Below are positions 27,001 through 38,862 of a DNA stretch of 64,000 nucleotides, in pieces. The position numbers and the translations under genes are program-made. Position 1 is the stretch's first letter, and every line of letters begins with the position of its first letter. This DNA comes from Eledone cirrhosa (taxonomy: Eukaryota), in contig OZ024741.1 of NCBI GenBank assembly GCA_964016885.1, positions 292,330,001 through 292,394,000 on the forward strand, in the 5' to 3' direction. The notes beneath the pieces were generated by a model. That model searched no databases. It was given only the letters and a program-made list of their open reading frames with translations, and was not told the DNA's origin.

Positions 27001-27976
27001 TAGTTTTTAATCTGAATAGGCAACCATGTGCATTTGTGGACAGCTTAACATCCTTTTGTCCTTATCTCTAATGAAAAATCTATCCAGATACGATTTAGAT
27101 GTGCCGCTGCAGTTTGCCTACGTTCACTGTTGTGCAGTCGGGAAATCTAGTCGATATCTATCGACCAGTTGGATTTGGCCGATTAGATTTTTGAGGGTGT
27201 TGCAACCCGCTCTACTGGGAGATGCTCCCACATAGTCCCATCGTGCATCTAAGATACCATTCCAGTCCCCCACTAAAGGCAAGGAGTGAGACGTTCCCAG
27301 AAAAGACTCTAGACGCTTAAAGAAGTCTGGCCGCGATTGTGATTGCCCGGTCGGGCATAAACGGCCACCAGTCTGAAGGCTCCACCTCCAATACTGTTCA
27401 CGTCTAGGACTACCAGTCTACCCTCCGGGTCCAAGTGTACTTGCTGTACTTCGAGATCCAGGTTTTTCCGAAACATGACAGTCACTCCCCCTCCCGGCTG
27501 ACAGAGAGATGCGTAGATCTCAAAGTCATTTAAGATGGGTTTAGTTGGTGCCTGTTGTGGATCCTGGGCTCGGTGATGGCTATTACATCTATACCGTGTG
27601 ACCTAAGGTTGTTTAAAAGTTGGCCCTGTTTCCAGGACATCCCTAGGCCACGCACATTCATGCTTCCAACTCGTAAGTCAGCCATGTTGGTGGAGAAGAG
27701 TTGCCGAAAAGGACGAAAAGGTGCACTTATCTTTTCGTTTCCTGGCGATCGGGTTGTTCAATCTCTATTTCAGTTCTGGTGCGGGTGTTGAGTGGGGTCG
27801 GGAAACATTTCAACAGGACACACTTTATTTGTTTTTGGCAGGGGTTGCCAACGTCCTGTGAAAACTGTTCTTTCAATTTCTGATAGGTTTCCATCGAAAC
27901 CCTTATTAGCTTTAGGTGTGGTTGAGAGTCTGCTTTTACAAATGTTTCCCCCCAGTTTTTACTTTGGGGTATTGGG
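24040..27976 (-). mobile_element. L1/Tx1-clade LINE: ORF1 tail plus frameshifted ORF2 (EN, RT, C-terminal Cys/His domain)
   Basis: ORF2 starts MADLRVGSMNVRGL at 27685; KSPG.GLPYEFY, KPITLLNTELKILAK, DQSKAFDRV, AYADD, GGLGMP; AATAAA at 24040-24045 then (ATCT)n. Confidence 0.92.
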
Positions 27977-28316
27977 AGATAGATAGATATTCAGTTGTGT
28001 CAAGAACATGACAGTCTCCCTAGTGCTGGTAATCTACATGCTAACCACACCCTGTACACGCTGTAATGGGGTTGGTGAAAGGAAGAGCATTCAGCCATAG
28101 GAAGCTTGCCAAACAAAGGGTTAGGAGGACACTTCTGCATGTCATAAACATGACAACCTCTTCTGTGCACTTGATAGAACATATGACTATGTAAGTGAGA
28201 AGCAGACCTCTGGCTCATCTGAGAGGTTAGTAACCTTGCTTCAGTAATGACGTGGTCTATGTAAACCCAGGAAATCTTTGATAACAGGGAAAGTGGACAT
28301 TAAAGGGTGATAATTG

Positions 28317-28344
<28 letters not shown>

Positions 28345-28347
<3 letters not shown>

Positions 28348-28560
28348 GTAAAAGGTAAACAGAAATAACAACACAATCGGTACAGTATATGGAATGAATA
28401 TATTACGTTAATGCTTGACATAGCAGGAAGAGGGTCTTAACGTTTCGGACACTAGTCTTTCGTGAGAGGAGAGAATGCGAAATTAAAAGATTGAAGGGAT
28501 GGGTGGGGTGGAATTGGAAAAAAATGTTTTTAGAGAAAAGTAACAGGGCCAAGAAACTCA
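28345..28560 (-). mobile_element. PLE-type terminal cassette with degenerate HHR (28435-28470)
   Basis: Minus strand CTCACGA-AAGAC(tagt)GTCC-GAAA-CGT-TA; homologous ends at 15468-15555 and 53148-53250. Confidence 0.55.
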
Positions 28561-28652
28561 ATGCTAATCAGTATCCTTGGTCAATGAGCCTAATCTGTAT
28601 TATGATGTCACTTTTTGCATGTTTGTATCTGGATGCTTGTAATAACATTCAC

Positions 28653-28729
28653 ACTCCTGAAGATATATAGAACAGCAGTATACATATTGATATATGGCCA
28701 GCTGTCCTACATTGAAACATTTGTAGAGT
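28653..28729 (+). ncRNA. Minimal type I hammerhead ribozyme with canonical core
   Basis: ACTC-CTGAAGA-long imperfect stem II (TAGAACAGC/GCTGTCCTA)-GAAA-CATTTG-TA-GAGT; GUA cleavage triplet. Confidence 0.72.
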
Positions 28730-28769
28730 AAAAATCATGTTATAAGTCTAAACTGGTTATTCATTCTTA

Positions 28770-28825
<56 letters not shown>

Positions 28826-28828
<3 letters not shown>

Positions 28829-28940
28829 CAAGTAAGACCCCGACGGCTGAGCTCAAGCCGTTTCGACGGCTAATTCTGGACTCTGGACAGAATTAGCCGG
28901 CGAAACGGCTTGAGCTCAGCCGTGGGGGTCTTACTTGTTC
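28826..28940. repeat. 115-bp fold-back hairpin
   Basis: 53-bp arms, 9-nt loop (28879-28887); single-arm homologue at ~17672-17730. Confidence 0.92.
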
Positions 28941-29036
28941 CTATTACCCACTCTACTACCCTAAGTATTGAGTACTTTGGTGCGTTATAGTCCACCTGGT
29001 TCCTTACCACATTTCCTTCGTTATATATATATATAT

Positions 29037-29460
29037 ATAAAGAATGAATAATAACCAGTAGACACAGTAGACATCATAAAAAGGTAATTTATTCCGAGTG
29101 CTTACAAATGTTTCAACAGTAGTTATACAGCCTAGTCATGCTACTATGTGCAAAGTAATAATTACTAATTTGCACATCGCATGACTAGGCTGTATAACTA
29201 CTGTTGAAACATTTGTAAGCACTCGGAATAAATTACCTTTTTATGATGTCTACCTGTTATTGTGGATTGACAGTATCGGTAGAGAGTCGGACACCATGAT
29301 TTGAAGCATAGAGTTACGTCCCTTTATGAACTGAGTTCAAATCCCGCCAAGGTTAACTTTGCCTTTCATCCTTACGGGGTCGATAAAATAAAGTACCAGT
29401 AATGCACTGGGTTTGTGCTGGTCTTGTGCAAAAAAGTAGAAACAATTATTCATTCTTTAT
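29037..29460. repeat. Fold-back element with right arm interrupted by a SINE
   Basis: Arms 29037-29152 and 29169-29260, resuming at 29445-29460; carries GAAACATTTGTA. Confidence 0.88.
29262..29450 (+). mobile_element. Meta-type SINE
   Basis: Homologue of 3748-3940. Confidence 0.85.
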
Positions 29461-30148
29461 CAACACTCTGGAATACAGAAGGATCAGAAACTGAGTTTCT
29501 TCAACTATTCTTCAATAACTCGTTGAGTAACCCCTCACCGTACGTCAACTCTATCTAGTGTAGTAATTAACCATTACTGCATTCAGGATAATCCTAAGCA
29601 TTTCATGCATAACCTAATATATATATATATATATAAACTACCATACGGTTTTTTTTTATCCCGTTAGTAAAATAAGTTGGATTACTTTGAATAAATAATG
29701 AATGAATATTACATATTTACAAAAATAATTTCGTAAAAATAAATAATTTAAAATTGACTTCTTTTCAAAGTTGCACTTCCAGTATATCGTTGCCACCACC
29801 ACCACCACTTCAACTACCATATATATAGAAAGAGAGAGTGAGCGATGTCAATACTTCTGGTGGCGATCACTTAAATAAACATACTAATTTTCTGTCACAA
29901 ATTTTCTCCTAATGCAGTTTATATATAATATCGTCTTTTTTTAATGTATCATGGATTACGTTACTGATTACATAAGACAGTGTAACAACGTCTTCGTTCA
30001 ATTTCTGTTTATATTGTCAATTACGATTTTATTTGATGTATCATATCTACATGTATATATACTTGCCACCCGAGGGTGGTTTTTCTGCTAGTATATATAA
30101 TTATGTAATAAACAACACAATACAATTATTCTATTTACCAAAGGTTTC

Positions 30149-30189
30149 ACGAAGACAGGCGAGCTCAATAGAGACGTCTGAAATCGATC
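30149..30189 (+). ncRNA. Degenerate HHR motif
   Basis: ACGAAGA-C-AGGCG...CGTCT-GAAA-TCGA-TC (palindromic ATCGAT). Confidence 0.4.
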
Positions 30190-30307
30190 ATCAGAAAGGA
30201 AAATTTAATATGGATATCAACACAATTAAATAGCTCTGTAGTATACATAGAGCACTCTCCCTTTCCTTATATTTTCTATGAAAATAAATCATATTATATT
30301 ATATATA

Positions 30308-30371
<64 letters not shown>

Positions 30372-30570
30372 TATAATATATGATTAGAGCAAACATCACG
30401 GGCGCTCTATCTCAAAATTATTTTTGAAAAGCATTAGAAATGCGCAACCGAAAACTTAAAACCAAAACTGAATACTAACCAATACTATTACTAATTTTTA
30501 CTTATTCCTAATTAAACTATTTTTCACTGGGAACAATTTGTCAGCATTTTCTTTTCCTTTTACCAATATA

Positions 30571-30617
<47 letters not shown>

Positions 30618-30618
<1 letters not shown>

Positions 30619-32657
30619 GGCTTGCATTACCCGTATAGAAAGCCGAATGATACGCTTAATTACATAAGTAAGCATTCTAACCATCCTGCCAGCATAACCA
30701 AGAACCTGGTAAGAAACGTTTCTTTGAGGCTTTCCCGTCTATCTACTAAGGACCATATTTTCTACGACCATTCCACATATTACAATGAAGCTCTTGCTCG
30801 GAGTGGATTTGTCGATAAGGTAGCTTATACAGAGTACGAGAATAGACCTAGAAGAAATAGATCCCGACGTATTATGTGGTATAACCCACCATATAATATG
30901 GAGGTGGCCACACCATTAGCTAAGATCTTTCTCTCCCTTATTATGAAGCATGTTCCCCCTCCACATAAATATAGGAATATTTTTAATAGAAATACGATTA
31001 AAATTTCTTACTCTACGTCTCCTAACCTTGCACATAACATCACAGCTTCACATTTAGCTAAACTACCTAGCCGTAGGAACACGTGCAACCCTGTAGTTAG
31101 TACTAACTGTAATTGTAGGAATCGGGTTGACTGCCCCCTATCCGGGAAATGCCTCTCTAGTAACATTGTCTACAAATGTAAGGTTGAAACACCCACGTCC
31201 CGTAGGGCCTACATAAGGTTAACCGCCAATAGATTCAAGCAGCGTCTTTACATGCATACCCATTCTTTTCGTTACCCATTAAGAAAGAATATGACGTCAC
31301 TTTCAGCTTATATCTGGAGTCGAAAAAACAACCACACCCAATATAATTTACACTGAGAGATCCTAGCTAGGGATAGATCGTATAACGGAAATAAAAGACC
31401 ATGTGACCTCTGCGCCGCTGAGGCCCTGGAAATACTCCACTCCAAAGACCACACCTTCAACAAAAAATCTGAGGCAATTTCGGCTTGTAAACATGAATTG
31501 CACAAAACTTTCCTGTATTACAGCCCCACATTATACCCTAACGGATAGTACGAACTATACGCGGATATTTTACGTCTTGATGTGGTAGCTAAGTATATGT
31601 TATGTTTATACCATTACTTATTTGTATAGGTAAGTATATATTACCTGTATGTTTTGTGTAGGTACGTATACTTTCTCGTACGTATATTTGATTGTATATG
31701 TTGGCGTATATATTATATATTCTGGTACATATGCTTTGGTTATGTGTATACTGGAGTTTTGCGTCTGTGTGTGTATGCGGGTTCGTACGTATGTAGGGTG
31801 TGTGTATATGTGTACTTTTTTGTTTTGGTTGACTTTCGTCTCCGAACATATGTGTATTTATTTGTAGGTATGCGTGTGCGCTTGTTATATACGTATTTAT
31901 ATATTTATATACGTTTATTTAATTATATGTATACACGCACACACACACACACATATATATATAGTTTAAATATATATATTCTTTTGTGTATTTGGTGTAT
32001 ACATTCCTATGCGTGCGGGTACAGGCGTTGCGTGGGTTCTGTATGTGCGTGGGGTTTTTTTTTGTGTACGTGCGTGAATTTGTTTACGTATGGCGAGTGT
32101 TTCCGCGTATGCTTGTGTATGTACGTATATGGATGCGTGTATGTATTTATTTAATTTCAATTACCTCTGTATTGTATTTTATTTACTTTATTCTTAACTC
32201 TGAAGCCGAGAATCATTCGGTTTCCTAGTTAGAATTTTAGTCTACGACTTCAGTTATACCATTTACGTGGTTTTGTCTTTGCGTGCAATTGTTCTCCCCC
32301 GCTCTACATATGACGTATTATCTTCGTTTTTTCCGTTCATTGCCACAGAACGTCTCTATGAGCCACCTAATAGAATATTAGTCTACGACTTCTTTTATAC
32401 CATAAACGTGGTTTTGTCTTTGCGTGTAATTGTTTTTCATCGCTCCAAATAATGACGTATTATATTCGTTTTTTCCCGTTCTTTGCCAGTGAACGTTTCC
32501 ACGGACTAAAGTATCGTCTTCCTCTCTTCCTCCGGTTGCAACGTTTTTTGAAATATTCACTTCTGCATTTACAGATTGACTTTGTTAGTTTCAGAAGATC
32601 CCGTTAAGGGTGAAAGTAGCGATTCTTTGCTTAAACTTTAATCTGTTATTTTAATAA

Positions 32658-32660
<3 letters not shown>
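30618..32660 (+). mobile_element. Penelope-like element (CxCx5C linker, Hydra-clade-like), 5'-truncated, within (TA)n
   Basis: PYRKPND..YI...SNHP thumb, WYNPPY, CNCRNRVDCPLSGKC, IVYK..YI GIY-YIG; reads through one TGA (31354) to CDLC..E, NKKSE and TAG at 31548; long UTR with degenerate HHR at 32592-32626. Confidence 0.88.
32230..32506 (+). repeat. Two ~140-bp diverged tandem units in the PLE 3' UTR
   Basis: TAGAATTTTAGTCTACGACTTC... is repeated at 32371. Confidence 0.85.
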
Positions 32661-32744
<84 letters not shown>

Positions 32745-33362
32745 CAAAATAATCTTCAAACATCACATCTTTACAGTTTGCTAGAGAAACATGAAACAGA
32801 ATATTGTGTATTATGTTTACAAAGCAACGGGTCATGTACTAGTAATAATAGCAACAATAACAATATTATTTTTTCTGTTTTTTAAACCTTAAATTATTTT
32901 AAAATACAAATTAAATTTAAAAGAATTCTACCCAGTTTCTCTGTATCATATTAACAAGGTCTTCATTAAATTAAGTGAAATTTTTGAAACTGTGATCACG
33001 AGGCAACTGGTAATTAAAATTATAATTATGATTTAAGCAGGAATCTGACAGATCAATTAATGAAATTTTCGATAATAATGAAATTGAATTGGATGAAAAA
33101 ACCCAAAATATCTTTTGCTGTGAGCAAACAAAATTCTATTAGTGTGTGAAAATATATATGTGTGTGTGTATATATATACACACGTGTATATATATACATA
33201 TATATACACATATACACACACATATATACACACATATATATATATACACATACATATATATACATATATATATATATACACATATATATACGTACATATA
33301 TATATGTATATACACACACATATATATATATGCATATACATATGTATAAACATATAAATTAA

Positions 33363-33397
<35 letters not shown>

Positions 33398-33795
33398 ATA
33401 TATATATATATATATGCACACACACACATAATGAAATTATATGTCAATAATTATATTATATTGTACATGTAACCATATCCAATCTTAGAAAAATAAATTT
33501 AAAAAGTGATCAGCCTTAACAGTCAAATTTATAATTGAAGAACAAATGAAAATAATTGTGAAAAGTAGTAGTAGTTCAGCAACGACCTTTAACCTCCAAG
33601 GCTAATCAGTAAATACTTTATATAATACATGACTAAATACTCCTTGCTCCAATATCCTCCTTCACCAACACATGATTTCTGGATCTACCTCCTTTTCTAT
33701 TAGTGTTCACTACATCTATGCACTACTTCTTGCATAAACCTAGGGACTGCTGCATATAGTGAAAGGCTCATAGTACTAATACTGTTTTTCTAAAG

Positions 33796-34085
33796 CAGTC
33801 ATGGGCAACCTGTGGCCCACAAAGCTTTCTGAATGGTTCGCCTAAGTCACCTAAGTGAAATATTTCTGATTTTTTTACCTCAACTTTTCAGTCGTAATTT
33901 ATCTTTCTATCATTTTTATGATTGAGGAAAACAACATGTACGAATTCTGAAGAAACAAATCAAAACAACCTGAGTTACTGCCCTTTTGTTAATGTGGTCA
34001 CGAATGTAAATTACTGCTTGCAGCCCACCTGATGAAGAGTCATATCCCATGCGGTCCGCTTCTCAAAGAAGGTTGCCCATGCCTG
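33796..34085. mobile_element. hAT-type MITE
   Basis: TIRs CAGTCATGGGCAACC / GGTTGCCCATGCCTG; 8-bp TSD TTCTAAAG/TTCTAAAA. Confidence 0.85.
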
Positions 34086-34193
34086 TTCTAAAACCTGTAG
34101 TTTCCATGAATCTTCAACGTAAACAGGCATTATTAATAATATATATTATCTGGACCCTATAAACAGCATATCAATCCTTAATTCAATGCATGT

Positions 34194-34422
34194 TTAACCA
34201 TTTAACATTTACATTACTCTATATATACTATTGTATTTTTGTGGTAAACGCTTTACCTCACATAATGATCTCACATAATATCGAATCTATGAGATTTTGA
34301 TATGATTTATTTTCAGAACAATATCTTAACATCAGTATGAGTGGCCAGATATGGCTGGTTTGCACAGAAAGAGGTGAGAGAATTCTGGCCAGAAACGGCC
34401 AGTTTAAATGCTAATGGATTAA
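34194..34422. mobile_element. piggyBac-like MITE (TTAA ends); inverted homologue at 44670-44898
   Basis: TTAACCATTTAACATTT ... AAATGCTAATGGATTAA; body matches the reverse complement of 44670-44898. Confidence 0.6.
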
Positions 34423-34724
34423 TGTGTTTATTATACAATATATATATCACACGCACATATATATTCAACACAATTACCCATCTGCTCTCGAACTAGATAT
34501 CATTCCAACCCTTTTAATTTTTATTCTTTCTTACTCTATTTTAATAAAAGGTTGTAAGCAAGATGGCAGTCCCTGACTCACCTTTTTAACCAGTGTGACA
34601 CTGTATGCACATTGTTAATATTTTTGTGCTTACATTTTGTCAATCACGTGTCATCTTTTTCACTTTTTGATTACTTTAAACTTACATTTTAAACTCACAT
34701 TTTTACTGTTTGCTCCCTTACCCT

Positions 34725-35026
34725 CAGGGTCGGATTTAATGAGGGCAAATGGGGCAATTAGCCCAGGCTCCCTACAGTGGGAGGTTTCACCAGAGACTGC
34801 TGTACCATTTTATTAGAGCCCTCTGGTGGGGTTTTTAGTTTTTAATATCTGTATGTATAACTTTTCAATTCCAATAAATTGCCTGAAGCTGACTTTGATA
34901 TGTTTGATATGTATGTAAAATTGGAACTTTGCTGTGTATTCTAATTTTTTGTGTTTGAGCCACCCCCCAAAAACTTGTTGTGCCCCCCCCCCCCCCCCCC
35001 CGAATCCTGGTCTAAATCTGGCCCTA
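34725..35026. mobile_element. hAT-like MITE; relative at 53887-54060
   Basis: TIR-like CAGGGTCGGATTTA / TAAATCTGGCCCTA. Confidence 0.55.
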
Positions 35027-35959
35027 CTTGACTTGTCATATTGTCTCTACCTACATATATATTGTAATGCTGCACAGATGTGCATACATTCACAATTACA
35101 AAGGAATCAGGGCTGCCATAGAGAATACATATAATATAAATAAGGTCACGATACTATGACTAACCATGTATTCAATTATAAAAAATGTAATACTAAACAC
35201 ATGTAAAGATATATCGTTTATATTATCTCTGGATATGGAAGGGCACTATAAGGAAATAATGTTTATTAGGAGAGGTTGAAAGAAAACAAGGGTGGAATTT
35301 GGAAGGGTAGCACATAAATCACAAAATAAGACAGGTCAGAAATTACAGGAAGAGGTAAAAGGTGGAATGAAATAGCGATGAAGTGAGATAAATTACTTAA
35401 ATTAATTAAATGTAAAATAAATTGAAGATATAAATACACGCATATACATAATTTAAAGAAAGTCACAGCATATTTGGAACCGCTGTATGAACTACTTTTA
35501 TATCCTTTTTACCATCTTAGGTATAGCCCTATTAAGATCACATCCTCTTTGGGGTTATGTATTAACACCTAGTAAGAAAGTAATTAAATAAGGCTCATTA
35601 TGTTTGGTAAGTGGGTTGATAAGTAGCATAAATTGTGTAGGTTGGAAACTATAATTTTAAATTAGCGTGAATTTCTTTGATGTAAATATTTAAGTTCTTA
35701 AGAAAATTTGTGATGTATATCTGGAATATAGTGTGATGTCAAATTATAATGCAGTACATTATCATTACATCAATCACATTTAGTTTCATATTTATTTAAT
35801 GTTTATAATGGATGCTGTTTATCAAATCCATGATAAAATGATCAATGAAAATATTTCACTTTAGGTATTTAAGTGAATTATGGTGAAAGGAAAGTGAATT
35901 ATTTTAAACTGACTGAAACCAGGGCTGGACTTTCACCTGCTCAGGCCCTAAGCTATATG

Positions 35960-36915
35960 AAATTTGAGACCTTCCCTACAAAAATTCAATCTAAGTTGGC
36001 TAACCTTGAGCAACTGTTAAAAATCCTCAAAGTAATTGAGTCTCAACAAGGTTTTTACATACTTAGGAATTATTTGTCAATCCCTAAGTTGTATTTCCTC
36101 AGAGTTAGTCCCTCTTACAAATTCTCCAATGCTTTGATGACCTCATATTCAGTGAGCTTGAGGGTCTGGTCAATGTCTGACTCTCTCTAGAGTCTTGCGA
36201 CAATGCTATCTTCCCCAAATGGTTTGGAGGTCTCAATCTGCACAAATGCACATCTTTGTCCCTACCTTGCTCTCTTTCCTCGATCATGCTTGCTCCCATC
36301 TTGTAGGTGACATCCTCTCCTTTCCAACTAGTTCCACCATGGAGATGGATGAAGCTTTACTACAGTGGAGAGATGTAAGCAGAGAATAGAGGACAATCTG
36401 CATTTAAGGGAAACTTTTAACTCTCCCCTCAAAGTTCCCAGAGAACTGGATAGATGCCCTGCCTGTGGCCAACATTGGTCTTCTCAGTCAGGACAAGCTC
36501 CACATCTTCATTGCACTTTGTGTGGGAGCCGATGTCTGTGGGGGGACTGAGATGTGGTAGTTCCCTCAACTCCACAGGCCTACATGGTGTCCTGAAGCCT
36601 GAATGCTGGTTGTTTCACTTGCCACATCAAGCTAAACCTGATCATTAAACAGCCCCAGGCTCAGGTAAATAACCCCTCAGTTCTAGAGCTAGCTCGATTA
36701 TCCAAAAGTCATGGGAAAAGACCAGACAGCCTTACCCTTTGTCACCGAGTAAGAGGTAGGTGACTCATTTGGGACAATGCACTCAGTGAATCTTTTGTTC
36801 CCTCCCACATTATGGATACCGCAGCAAATGTTGGGGTCACTGTTTCAGTTGCTGAATGGAATAAAATTCATAAATACCACAATTTATCTAATAATTATTT
36901 TTTCCAGCCAATCAA
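35960..36915 (+). pseudogene. CRE-like RLE non-LTR retrotransposon C-terminus, decayed
   Basis: ILRNYLSIPKLYFLRVSP; GKRPDSLTL...RG..LIWD....SFVPSHI..TA...G......E..K..KY..L...YFFQP. Confidence 0.78.
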
Positions 36916-36989
36916 ATTTTTGTGGAAAAATATCTTACCTTCTCCAATAAAAAATATTATGTATTTTGCGAAATCCAGAGACTTTCAAT

Positions 36990-37485
36990 AATGACCAAAA
37001 GTTGACCCTAAATATTACTTATAGCTCTAGGAAAGCCATGAACGACACCACATCCTTTTAACTTTGATTTTGAAAGTAGGTTTATAATTATCAATTTTCA
37101 TTATACTTTTGTAGCTGTCTTGGTGGCCTAGTTGGAGGAATCATAGATGGTGGTGATTTTGGTCTGAAGTTCAATCCTGGTTGGGAGTAGGGTTCCTGGT
37201 AAACCTTTTCAGTTATTTTCTATTGGTTGTAAAATAAAAACTGAAAAAGGTTACATGTACCTCTCGAACAGGATTGAACCCAAGGCCAGGATCTCCACCG
37301 TCTCTAGTAACTACCGCTAGGCCACAGAGATAACTACAAAAATGTTATGAACTACAAAAATGTTATGAACATTCATACTTATAAACCTACTTTCAAAATT
37401 TTCAAAACAAAGTGTTGTGGTGTCGTTCATGTCTTTCTTAATGTTATTGCTCCTACTTAAGGTCGGCTTCTAAATCATTCAGGTG
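36990..37485. mobile_element. Old MITE-like element with ~200-bp inverted arms containing a tRNA-like head
   Basis: CATGAACGACACCAC, TTTTGAAAGTAGGTTTATAA, TGGCCTAG and GTTCAATCCTG are all mirrored in 37260-37440. Confidence 0.65.
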
Positions 37486-37604
37486 TTCCATAAACTACAT
37501 CCTCATTTTTTTTCACATCTATCTAGACTATATTTTAAACTGTAATCCATGTTTCATCTCTGTTGCACCTCATTTCTCCAGAGATTTTCAATCATATATA
37601 TATA

Positions 37605-38612
37605 CTAGCCAAATTACCCACACATTTTTTTTGTAAGAAAATGATGATTGATTTTAAATTTATGGAGAAAAACTCTGCATTTCAATATTACTCAATGTAA
37701 AATGTAATGCATGAAACTTGGAAAACATTATTTTTTGTAATATATAAAATCAAAATTACATTATTAAATCTTATTCTTATTTTGTTTCTTGTAAATAATT
37801 TTTTTCAAAATATCAATTTAAACTTGATCATTTCATTTTTGTGTAAATCATTATTTTCGAATTAGAAATTCAAAGTTTAATTATTTATTCTTTAACATAA
37901 TAAATACATGAAAATATATTTCATACTTCGTCCTAATGAAGAACTTCATAGTAAACAACATTTCTTGTCTTTCTTTGATTGGCTAAAATGTAGAGATTTT
38001 TTGAAGTTCCAGTCCTTGAAACAGCCACATAAAACATGCCATGTCTGAAACATGGGTTTGTCAGATCTATACCAATAGTTTTGAAAGTTTGACCTTCACT
38101 CTTATTGATGCTCATGGCAAAGCATGGCCTCACTGGGAACTGCAGCCGCATAAATGTAAAAGGCAACTCGCTATCACTTGGTATAACTGGAATCCTCGGA
38201 ATGAGAAGAGCTTGACCATTGTAAGCCCCGAATATAATAGTTGCTTCAATCAAGTTATCATGTAATCTTGTTACAACACATCTTGTTCCATTTATTGGCC
38301 AAAATGTTTACTATAGTGGGTTTAACCTCCATTAGGGTACCTTAATATTATTGAAATTTGCTGAAATTTTGTGAATAGGCATCATATTTTGTCATTTACC
38401 TATGGTTTAAATTTCATATAAATTGAAGGAAAAAGATTTTCAGCAGGAGTTTGTGCCCCAGGGAACCCTTTCATTGAAATGAAATATACTTATCCAAGTA
38501 CCCTGGGCAATGTAGTTTCAGAATATATATAGTTATGGGGGTCTATCTTCAAAACCATAGGAGGAGTTCGTGAACAAACAGACAGGAACTACAACTTTAT
38601 ATATATATATAT
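37605..38612 (-). mobile_element. Internally deleted Helitron retaining the PIF1 helicase C-terminus
   Basis: ORF 37933-38290 LIPRIP..LPF..RLQFPVRPCFAMSINKSEGQTF..HG..YVAVSR..TRNVVY.EV; minus-strand 3' end GGGTAATTTGGCTAG. Confidence 0.85.
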
Positions 38613-38862
38613 ATTTCGTTTCTGAACAAAGGCAAGGCACAAAAACAAAGAAAAGAATCCCCAGTCACTGAAGAGGTCACAGAATGTGTGACGAATGAAC
38701 TTTGACAATATATGAACAATCGTCTGGTTGTGGAACCAACCAACCAACCGGAAATTTATAAATTCCTAAATTTATAAATTTAATTTATAATAAATTGAAG
38801 TGAAAGCAACTGGTGCATGTGTTTCTTATTGGCAACATGACCCTCCCAAAGTATAACAATAT
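38611..38862 (+). mobile_element. ~250-bp HHR-bearing non-coding mini-element inserted in (TA)n
   Basis: GTCA-CTGAAGA-G-GTCACA(gaatg)TGTGAC-GAAT-GAAC-TT-TGAC at 38664-38706; end ATGACCCTCCCAAAGTATAACAAT shared with the PLE terminus at 23112-23135. Confidence 0.7.

Noticed and set aside
31354-31356. In-frame TGA in the PLE ORF as a possible selenocysteine codon
   Set aside because: It falls in the context YNLH*EIL, where Trp is expected, so a TGG>TGA mutation is simpler; no SECIS element was recognised.
37933-38253. Host PIF1 helicase gene
   Set aside because: Intronless C-terminal piece with a Helitron-type NVVY.EV end and a downstream CTAG terminus.
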